A stretch of 64,000 nucleotides of DNA from an uncultured Actinomycetota bacterium (GTDB lineage: Bacteria > Actinomycetota > UBA4738 > HRBIN12): assembly GCA_963733635.1 (NCBI GenBank), contig CAVTEH010000009.1, forward strand, positions 64,873 through 128,872, given 5' to 3'. Each line of letters starts with the position of its first letter. The stretch's first letter is position 1. The notes under the pieces are model-generated. The model did no database searches, had not been told where the DNA came from, and was given only the letters and a program-made list of their open reading frames with translations. Of the stretch, positions 31,627-40,986 are shown one piece after another. The position numbers and the translations under genes were made by a program.

Positions 31627-34600
31627 ATGAGGGAGACGAAGCACGCTCCCGTGGAGGTCGATCAGCCGCCGAACGGTCACAGCCACGAGCTCACTCGAAG
31701 GGCGCGCCCGCTGGGAGGATGCGGTTCCGGATCCTCGGGTCGCTGGAGGTCGAACTCGCTGGGCAACCGATCCAGCTCGGGCGGACCACAGCAGCGGGCG
31801 GTCCTCGCGCATCTGATCATCCGAGCCAACGAACTGGTTGCGGCCGATGTCTTGGTGAGCGAGATCTGGGGAGACGAAGCGCCGGAGGCGGCGCGGAACA
31901 CGATCTACACGTATGTCTCCCACCTGCGGAAGATGCTCGGCGCAGACCGCATCGAGAGTCAAACCCCCGGCTACCGTTTGCGGCTCGATCCGTCAGAGCT
32001 GGATGCCACCCGCTTCGACAAGCTCGTCAACGACGCGAGGAAGGCCGGGGTCATCGACCCGGGCATCGCCCTGACCGTGCTCGACGAAGCACTCGGGCTC
32101 TGGCGCGGCCTGCTCTCGCCGATGTCGCCGACGACGGCGCGCTGCTCGCGGAGGCGACGCGCCTCGATGAGCTCAGGCTGGTGGCCGGTGAGGAGCGCAT
32201 CGACGCCATGCTGGCGATCGGGGAGCCCGCCCGAGTCATCGGCGAGGCCGAGATCCTGGTCGGACAGCACCCGCTCAGGGAACGCATCTGGCGACAGCTC
32301 ATGCTGGCCCTCTACCGCGAGGGGCGACAGGCTGATGCCCTCACCGCGTATCAGCGCGTCAGGGAGATCCTCGCCGACGAGCTCGGGATCGATCCTTCGC
32401 CGGAGCTCGCCAGGCTGCACGAGCGGATCCTGAAGCAGGACCCCGGGCTCGAGCTCCGAGGTGAGCCTCTCCGCGGTTACCGGCTCTTGGAGAAGATCGA
32501 CGACGGACCCACCGGGGTCGTCTTCAGAGCGATCCAGCCCCGTGTGGGCCGCGACGTCGCGGTCAAGATCTTCCACGAACAGGTCGCTTCGGACCCTGCG
32601 TTCGTGCGGCGATTCGAGCAGGAGGCTCAGGCGGCTGCGGCCCTCGAGCATCCCCACATCGTTCCGGTCTACGACTACTGGAGGGAGCCCGGCCGCGCGT
32701 ACATCGTCTCGCGGTACCTGAAGGGAGGAAGCCTCGCGGCCCTGGAGAGCAGGGGCGATCGGCTCGCGCAAGGAAGTGGATCGCTCGTCGTGGAACAGGT
32801 GGCCTCTGCGCTCGGGTACGCACACCGACAGCACGTCGCACACGGGAGGGTATGCGCCTCCAACGTGTTGTTCGATGGGGAACGGAACGCCTACCTCGGG
32901 GACTTCCAGGTCGGCGTCGGGACGACTCCGGATCCGGCCGATGACGTCCGCGAGTTCGCCTCCCTCGCGCGAGGCGTTCTCGACGACGACGCACCGCCTC
33001 GCCTCAGGGAACTCATCGAACGAACGAACCTCGGAGCCGAAACGCCCGGCGCGGAGGCGTTCGCTGACGCCGCACGCGCGTCCTTCGAGCAGGAGACGGT
33101 TCCGACCGTCCGAACGGACGACGTCCGCAACCCGTACAAGGGCCTCAGGCCGTTCAGCGAGGCCGACGCCCACGACTTCTTCGGACGGACCGAGCTCACC
33201 GCGCGTCTGATCGGCCGGCTCGGCGAGACCGGGCGGGGGTCGAGGTTCCTCGCCGTGGTCGGGCCGAGTGGTGCAGGGAAGTCCTCCGTGGTCAGAGCCG
33301 GGATGGTTCCAGCGATCCGGCAGGGCGCCCTCGGGGACCCGCAGGCGTGCTTCGTCGCCGAGATGTTCCCTGGAGTGCACCCGATCGAGGAGCTGGAGCA
33401 GGCGCTCCTTCGCATCGGGACGCACCCGGCCTCACAGCTGCATGACCTGCTGGATCGGGACTCGAGAGGGCTCCTCGAAGCGTTGGTTCTCGTGCTCCCT
33501 GAACCCGCGACGCTCGTGCTGGTCGTGGATCAGTTCGAGGAGGTCTTCACGCTCACGGCCGACGAGCACGAGCGTGAGCTGTTCCTCGAGTCCTTACGCG
33601 TGGCGGCATCCGATCCTGAGAGCAGGCTTCGCGTCATCGTCACGCTCCGTGCCGACTTCTACGATCGCCCGCTCATGTACCCACGCCTGGGCGAGCTGCT
33701 CGCGGCGAGAACGGAGGCGGTGCCACCGCTCACGCCCGACGAGCTCGAGCAGGCCATCAGACGGCCGGCCGAAGAGGTCGGCATCACGGCCGAACCCGGC
33801 CTCGTTGCGGAGGTCATCGCCGATCTCGCGCACCAACCCGGCTCGCTTCCGCTGCTGCAGTACGCCCTCACCGAGCTGTTCGAGCGACGCGAAGGCGATC
33901 GGCTCACCCTCTCGGCCTTCGAGGAGATCGGGGGCGTCGGAGGGGCCTTGTCCGCTCGAGCGGACCGCATCTTCGCGACGACCGGGCCCGACGGTCAGCG
34001 GGCCATCCGACAGGTGTTCCTGCGGCTCGTCACGATCGGGGAAGGCCGGCAGGACACGCGGCGTCGGGTCACACGGAGCGAGCTCGACGCGCTCGACGTG
34101 GATCCGGAGCTCATCGAGATGACGATGGACACGTACGGACGTCACCGCTTGCTGACGTTCGATCGAGAACCGGCAACTCGGGAGCCGACCGTCGAGATCG
34201 CGCACGAGGCCCTGCTCGTCGCGTGGACCCGGCTCCGCGTCTGGATCGACGACGCGAGGGAGGACCTCCGCCAGGATAGGCGCCTCTCCCGGGCCGCCGG
34301 GGAATGGCGGGGGTCCGACCGCGATCCGAGCTTCGTGCTTCGCGGCGCACGGCTGGAGCAGGTCGAGACGTGGGCCGCAGCGACCGACCTCGCGATCGGC
34401 CGCCCCGAGCGCGAGTACATGAAGGCGAGCGTCGACGTGCGTGATCGGGAGATGGAGGAGGAGCGGGCCAGACGCGCGCGCGAGGAGAGGACGGAGCGTC
34501 GATCCCGTTCCCGGCTGCGGGCTCTGGTCGCGGTGCTCGCCGTCGCCGCTGTGGTCGCCGCGACCCTCACCGTCCTCGCCACGGGCCAGCGCGGAAGAGC

Positions 34601-36692
34601 CGACCGTGAGGCCACGAAGGCTCAGGACGAAGCGCGGGTCGCGACAGCGAGGGAGCTGGCGAACGCCGCCGTCTCCAACCTGGAGGCCGACCCCGAGCTC
34701 AGCATCCTGCTCGCCATGGAGTCGATCGATCGGACCCGCTCGGTCGACGGCACCGTGCTTCCCGAGGCTAAGGATGCCCTCCATCAGGCTGTCGTGGCGT
34801 CACGGATCGAGGTGACGATGCCCGGCGTCGGGGGGGAAGTCGCCTGGAGCCAACAAGGGATGCTCGCCGCTGCGAGCGCCGAAGGCGAAGGGATCGTCGA
34901 GATCAGGGATGCCGAGACCGGTGCGCGAGTGCGCTCGCTCCAGGCCCACGACGGCGCGATCACCGGCCTCGCCTTCAGCAGGACCGGGGCCATGCTGGCA
35001 ACGACCGGGGGCGACGGGATGCTGAAGGTGTGGGATTCCTCAAGCGGCGAGCTCCTCTCCAGGGTCCGAGGGGCCGGCGAAGCGCGTGCTCCGGCTTTCG
35101 ATGTTCATGGCGTTCGCGTAGGGGCCGACTGGGTCGGCATCGACACGGTCCGGATCGCGAACCCGATCACCGGCCACGTGAAGACCTCCGTCGCCGTTCC
35201 CCCTGGGGTCGTAGCATTCGATCCCGACCTTCGCCGGATCGTCGTGGTGAGCAGACGGGCCGCCGTTGTGCTCGACCTCGAGACCGGTCGTGGCATCGAG
35301 CTCAGAGGATCCGTCGATCTCCTTGAGGACTACGGCGGCTCACTGGCGTGGAGCCCCGACGGCCGCTGGATCGCGGTGGGCTCGACGGGCTGGGCGAACA
35401 TCTTCGATGCGCGAACGGGACGGTCCCCATTCAGCCTGCCTCACAATGAATTCGTGTCGAGCCTAGCGTGGAGTCGCAACTCCACCCGAGTGGTGACCGG
35501 TGGGTCGGAAACCGCGAAGGTGTGGGAGATCGAGAAAAGCGGGCCGGAACAGCTCATCTCGCTACCGCCGGCGATCGCACCCAGCGTGATCGCGAGCGTT
35601 GCGTTCTCGCCGGATGGAACGCGGATCCTTACTTCCGACGCCGACGGCACGGTCGCGAAGATCTTCGACATCGACATCTCGGGGGACGCGGAGGTGGCGA
35701 ACCTGCCCGCCACTCCGAACTTCGGCGATGTGGAGTTCATGCCCGATGGGGTACACGTCGCGAGGCAAGTCAGCGAGGACCGCTTCATCGCGATCTGGGA
35801 TCTGGAAACCGGACGGACCGTTCGAAGGATCGGGCCTCCGGGGTCATGGTCCTACGGGTTCACGCAAGCGCAGTTCGAGGTGAGTCCGGACGGAGCATCG
35901 ATCGCCGCGATGTCGGGGGATGGGGAGGCCGGCGTCTGGGACATCGCGTCGGGGGATCGGCTCTTCGCCATCCCGGAGGACGAGCTGGTCTCGCTCGTGG
36001 ATTGGAGTCCGGACGGCAAGCACGTGATCATGGCGAGCCTGCACGGATGGGCGAGGATCCTCGATCGAACCGGTCGCACGATCCAGGTCCTGCGCGAGGA
36101 CGACGGGTACGAAGCGGTGGGCGCGACGTTCAGCTCCGACGGCCGCTTCGTGGCGCTCAGCGCGAGTCCCGACGGGGAGGTTCCGAACCTCGAGCCACGA
36201 ACGAAGATCTGGGACGTGGAGCGAGGGCAAGTAGTGAGCACCATCGTGGGGAACACCAGCGGCTGGTCCGCGTTCAGTCTGGACGGCTCTCGCATCGTCA
36301 CGACGACCGACCCAGCGGGACCGGCAACTGTGTGGGACGTGATGACCGGTACCCTTCTCGCAGTGCTGGATGGCGTGGTGACCAACGTCGACTACAGCCC
36401 CGACGGCTCCCGGATCGCGGCGGCGATGAGGGACGATACGGTCCGCCTGTTCGACGCGAGCTCAGGCGAACAGTTGCTCGTCCTGCGAGGCCACGACAAC
36501 CCAGTCGCGTTCGTGGACTTCAGCCCGGACGGAACGATGCTGGTGTCGGGCGCGGCTGACACAGTCGTTCGGGTCTGGGCTCTCCATCTCGACCATCTCC
36601 TCGAGATCGCCCGGCGAGAGCTCACGAGATCACTCACCGACGAAGAGTGCCGGCAGTACCTGCACCTGGAGCGTTGCCCGGCGGGCCAGTGA
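31627..36692 (+). CDS. SARP (wHTH-BTAD)-pseudokinase-nSTAND1 NTPase-TM-WD40 regulator (paralog 1; compensating indels near 31780 and 32110; alternative start 31719)
   Basis: FRILGSLEV, YVSHLRK, ALGLWRG, HPLRER, ELGIDPSPEL; VAVK; NPYKGL, GPSGAGKSS, VDQFEE, RADFY, LPLLQYAL, EIAHEAL; hydrophobic helix; many WD/SPDG repeats. Confidence 0.92.
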
Positions 36693-37284
36693 GCTGGGCA
36701 GCGATGGTTCGGTCGACTGGGTCAACCGCGTACGCGTCCAGCAGCGCCGCGATGACTTCCGAAGGGGCTAGGACCCCACGGATCGGATACCCCGTATCCC
36801 GCGCGGTCGCGAGGTGGCGATCGCACATGGGGACGAGCCGATGCCGAGGGACCCGGGCAACATGCTCGACGGCCGAGTCCGGGCGCTGCTGCCAGAAGCA
36901 GAACGGACAGATCAGTCCGAGCCTCTGCGGGTACGCGAACCGACCTCGGTAGGCGTACTCGTGCTCGATGATCGTCCCCCACAGGGCCACCGTTCCGAGC
37001 ACGGCGGGGTCACGGGTGCGCCACAACAGCCGACGATCCTTGGCGCCATAGATCCCGCACGAGCATCGTACGAACGGAGCAGCGTGGACTCGCCCGCGGC
37101 TGCACCGAGCCTGCTCACGAACTCGTGGCTGCCAAGCGCGGCGGGCACCGACGGTGGGACGCAAGAGGGGCGTCCCGGCCCTCGCATCCATCCCCAGGGT
37201 CCACGTGCGCCAGACCTCCACCGCCTCCGGCACCACATCCACGGTCGATGAACTCGGCAACGAGGTCTGGTCGAGCGCGCTCAT
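36634..37284 (-). CDS. Cys/His-rich hypothetical protein (WRxW...CxCGIY...VLGTVALWG..IEHE..YR family)
   Basis: Intact 216-aa ORF, ATGA-coupled to an upstream small ORF; additional CPFC and C-x2-H motifs. Confidence 0.7.
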   Translation of the reverse strand: MSALDQTSLPSSSTVDVVPEAVEVWRTWTLGMDARAGTPLLRPTVGARRAWQPRVREQARCSRGRVHAAPFVRCSCGIYGAKDRRLLWRTRDPAVLGTVALWGTIIEHEYAYRGRFAYPQRLGLICPFCFWQQRPDSAVEHVARVPRHRLVPMCDRHLATARDTGYPIRGVLAPSEVIAALLDAYAVDPVDRTIAAQLTGPPGNAPGAGTAGTLRR

Positions 37285-37421
37285 CGTTCCGCAGGTACGG
37301 CGACTTCCTCGTCGACCGAGGTGCTGACGACCGGCACCCTGACGTCGAGCGTCTCAGGGACCGGGGCGCTGACGGGTTCCGCCTCGAGAACGCGGATCAC
37401 GGCTCCGATGTTCATCGTCAT
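37281..37421 (-). CDS. Small acidic, Val/Pro-rich protein, 46 aa (MTMNIGAVIRVLEAEPVSAPVPETLDVRVPVVSTSVDEEVAVPAER)
   Basis: Strong SD AAGGAGG; stop overlaps the next start (ATGA). Confidence 0.7.
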   Translation of the reverse strand: MTMNIGAVIRVLEAEPVSAPVPETLDVRVPVVSTSVDEEVAVPAER

Positions 37422-37502
37422 TTCCTCCTTCCGGCCATGCTCCAGCGAGCATCGTGAGAACCAGACTCGACGATCCCGCTTGGAAGGTGCTGGACGAACT
37501 CA

Positions 37503-37519
37503 TCAAGGAATCGTCAAGG
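37503..37519 (-). promoter_or_regulatory. TCAAG-N6-TCAAG direct-repeat box 3
   Basis: TCAAGG-AATCG-TCAAGG, 82 bp upstream of the small ORF. Confidence 0.75.
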
Positions 37520-37522
37520 ACT

Positions 37523-37548
37523 TGGGCTCCGGGCCGACCCGGAGCCCA
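37523..37548 (-). terminator. Conserved hairpin 3' of dirigent-like remnant
   Basis: TGGGCTCCGGG-CCGA-CCCGGAGCCCA. Confidence 0.65.
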
Positions 37549-37556
37549 TCGCACTG

Positions 37557-38230
37557 TTACGGGGCCAGGTAGATGGTGAAGGTGGCCTTGTTGCCGTCTT
37601 CCACCTCCACCGCGCGGCCGCCCGCGTTCTCGTAGGCGCCTGTTCCTCCCACGACGGCGAGATTGTGGAACCCGCGAGGGCCTTTTACACCGGTGGCGAC
37701 CACCTGTCCTTGGTCGGTGTTCGGACCATGCTTGATCCCTTCTCCCCTGGGAGAGTGCCGACGAACGCGATCTGGGTCCCGTCGGGCGACCAGGTGGGGT
37801 CGGAAGCCCCACCTTTCATGTGCGTCAGCTTCGGCGCCATCGGCCCCTCCGCACGAAGATCTGGGAGGGGACGCCGGGAACGTTGCTCTGGTTACACGAT
37901 GCTCTCACCGTCGGTGAGAGCTCAGTGTTCGTCTAGGAGCCTCGTGCGGACACGAGCGGAGTCGCTTCCCCGGTCCTCGGATCCGACAGGGGATCCACCA
38001 TGAAGATGTCTCGCCCGTCGGCCCGTTCAGCCGACGCTACTAGGGTGGGCGACAGCTCGTCGACGGAGACGACTGCGGATCCGCCGACCGCGGGGGGAGG
38101 GTCCGGCGAAGATTCGCATCCAGATGCGAAGGCAAGTAGAAGAACGACGAATGCGACCTGGTGGCCGCGGACCGTCCTGGCTCCTGCCCTCTGAACGAAC
38201 AAGCGAGGCGTTCTCCTGTGTGTCCTGCAT
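37557..38230 (-). pseudogene. Chimeric pseudogene: TolB-like N-terminus joined to dirigent-like C-terminus
   Basis: 5' part matches TolB-1 (AFASGC, DGRDI, PTWSPDGTQIAF) with a TAG at 37933 where paralogs read GSQTN. 3' part from about 37738 reads KHGPNTDQGQVVATG...VVGGTGAYENAGG. Confidence 0.75.
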
Positions 38231-38253
38231 GTGTCGACCGCCTTTGGCTGGTG

Positions 38254-38289
38254 CGGGTGGGCCGCTGGAGGCGGCCCACCCGGAGCCCA
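38254..38289 (-). terminator. Hairpin 3' of dirigent-like gene 2
   Basis: CGGGTGGGCCGC-TGGAG-GCGGCCCACCCG, retaining the CCCGGAGCCCA arm. Confidence 0.55.
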
Positions 38290-38298
38290 ACGCGCGCG

Positions 38299-38790
38299 TT
38301 ACGGTGTCAGTTGCAGGATGAAGGGGTCACGCCCTGGTCCGTCCTCGAACGTGGCGAAACCACGGACGTTCTCGTAGGCTTCGGTTCCGCCCGTCACCGC
38401 GAACACATCCGGGTTCGCCGGACTGGCGTAGATGCCCGTGGTGACGACCGTCCCTCGCTCGGTGTGCTGGCCGGTCTTGAGCGTCAGGACATAGGTGCAG
38501 ACCCAGTTGACCCCGGTCGCGACCGTGCAGGAGGCGTTCAGACGCCCGACCTTGTCGCCGTTCACATCGAAGAGCGGGTTCTTGCTCAAGCTGACCTGCC
38601 CTGTTCGGTGTCCGCCTAGCTCCCGCAGTGGGTAGAACCGACACTGACCCTTGTTCCCGCAGATGTCCACCGACAGCTCGATCACCTCGGGTTGGTTGAT
38701 ACCACCCCCTCCTCCGAACGAGACGCCGACCAGCGCCCCCGACGTCAGGAGCACTGCTGCGAGCGCCCCGACGATCAGCTTCCTTGTCAT
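38299..38790 (-). CDS. Secreted dirigent/AOC-like beta-barrel protein (paralog 2)
   Basis: MTRKLIVGALAAVLLTSGALVGVSFGGGGGI.QPE as in paralog 1; FAVTGGTEAYENVRG. Confidence 0.72.
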   Translation of the reverse strand: MTRKLIVGALAAVLLTSGALVGVSFGGGGGINQPEVIELSVDICGNKGQCRFYPLRELGGHRTGQVSLSKNPLFDVNGDKVGRLNASCTVATGVNWVCTYVLTLKTGQHTERGTVVTTGIYASPANPDVFAVTGGTEAYENVRGFATFEDGPGRDPFILQLTP

Positions 38791-38848
38791 GTGCTGCTCC
38801 TTCCTCGTTCTCATTCCTGGGTTGCTCCATCGTGGTCGCTCCATGGCA

Positions 38849-40803
38849 TCAACCTCTCCGTTCCACCAGGAGCGTCTCGTCGTTGAGCCAGTCGTAGCCG
38901 CACCCTTCCGACAGCAAGGTCGAGCGGCCCATCGACATGTCTCGGATGTACAACCCGCCCCGCCGGTAGGTCTGCGGATCGCCGTCGGTCGAGTAGAAGA
39001 TCCATCGACCGTCGGGCGACCACCTACCCTGACCGGTGTCGCCGGACCAACCACCTCCGGAGCGGACCAGGATCCGCTCCTTCCTCCCGTCGGCTTCGGA
39101 GACCCAGACCTGCGCGTAGGTGCCCATCCCGTTCCCTTCCTGCCAGGTGGCGAGCCGAGGGAACACGATCGTTCGCCCGTTCGGAGAGAAGGAGCCATAC
39201 CCTCGGTCTTGGAGCAGGAGCCTGGGCCGTCCTCCATCGAGGGGCATCGTCCAGAGGTCGCTGGGCCATTTGCCGGCCGGAGCGTTCCCGGGTCGCGTGA
39301 AGAGGACCTCGTTCCCGTCAGCACTGAACGTCGGGGTCTGGAAGGCTCTCGCTATGCCATGTGCCAGGCGCGTCGTCGTACCAGTCGAGACATCCACGAC
39401 TGTGAGGTCGGCTGGCGTGAGCCAGCAACAGAGCCGCGCCCAGCCGCCGAGGTAGACGACCTTCGTCCCGTCGGGGGACCAGCTTCCCTGTGAAGCTCCG
39501 GCCGGATCGTCCGTGAGCTGGCGCAGCCGGCTTCCATCGATGTTCGCGACCCAGATCTGGTGGTGCCCTGGTCGGATCGGCTTGTCTGAGGGAGTGAACC
39601 ACCTCGCGTTGTCGAACAGGATCTTCGTGCCGTCGGGCGAGATGTCGTAGTCGCCGGCACCAGGGATGGACATGATGCTGCGTGGCACGGGAACCGCCAC
39701 TCCCGTCCGGACGTTCACGAAGTAGGTGCCGGCCTCCAGGTGGACGAGGGGCAAACGCTTCCACCGGAACTTCCGCACGGGGACGGCGTCCGAGGCGGTG
39801 CTCGCCCGGCTCATCAGGATCCCGCTAGGACTCCAGCTCGGACCGACGTCAGCCTCGGTGCCGGGGAACGTGCGGACCCGTTTCGACCCAAGATCGACGA
39901 CGACGACGACGCCGTCTGCGGAGAATACGATCGAGCCCCCATCCGGAGACCAGCTCGGCACCTGCCTGAAGCTGTATTCGCCACCAGGGCGCGTGCCGAC
40001 GCGCCTCTGGTGTGTACCGTCCGGTTGCATGATCCACAACTCCGAACTGACGGGCTTCCCGTTGATGCCGGTCAAACTGCTGAACCGGCTGAATGCGATC
40101 CATCGCCCATCCGGCGACCAAGCAGGTTCGACCTCGTTGAGCCCGTCTTGATCTGCGGTGAGCTTGGTGATCGTGCGACCCCGCACCGATGCCACCCAGA
40201 TCTGAGCGGCAGTGATGGGGTAGGGGTAGTTGTCTTGGTCGTTGTAGAAGCGGCTGTGGAACGCGATCCGCGAGCCGTCCGGTGACCAGTCTGGGTAGGC
40301 ATCGGGTCGAGGCGTCCCGCCACCGATGGAGACGGTTTCCGTCCGCGTCCACCACGAAGATGTCGGAGTCGTAGCGAGCACCTTCGCTCTCCAAGCGGAT
40401 GCCGGCGAACGCGATCCGTTCTCCGTCGGGCGACCAGGTCGGCTCGGAGGCTCCGCGCTCCATGTGCGTCAGTTGGCGCGTCGTCCCATCCGCGCTCAGC
40501 GTGAAGATCTGCGGCGGGGACCCGGGGACATAGCTCTCGTACACGACCCGCATGCCGTCCGGTGAGAGCTCGGCGTTCGCCTGAACTCCAGGCGCACGGA
40601 GCAGCACGCTCAGATGCCTCGTCTCAGGATCGATGAGGTAGATATCGGGCCCCGGTGCAGCGTCGACGGTGGCCGCAGGCGATGGAGATGTCGTTTCGGA
40701 CGAGGCGACCAGGGTCGACGATCCGGTGCACGCCGCCGACGATGAATACGAGCACTGCGCCAAGGGTCACAACAACGTGATTCCGGGTTCCTTCTCTGGT
40801 CAT
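38849..40803 (-). CDS. Double TolB-like PD40 beta-propeller lipoprotein (paralog 3, frameshifted)
   Basis: SD GAGGAGG, lipobox-like GG(A)C, about 10 WSPDG/FSADG/ISPDG repeats in two blocks. Confidence 0.85.
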
Positions 40804-40863
40804 CGGATTCCTCCTCGCGACGGAACTTCGCAGGGGAGGCTGAACGATCGCTGGACCGTGACG

Positions 40864-40880
40864 TCAAGGATGTTGCAAGG
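40864..40880 (-). promoter_or_regulatory. TCAAG-N6-(G)CAAG direct-repeat box 4
   Basis: TCAAGG-ATGTT-GCAAGG, 61 bp upstream of the TolB-3 start. Confidence 0.7.
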
Positions 40881-40986
40881 CCCGACGATCAGGATGGCCG
40901 GGTGACGACACGCGTCCATCATCTCGGGACGGAACGGCTGGCTGGCGCTCTCAGGGCCGAAGTTCGATACTCGGGCCGGTGATCAG

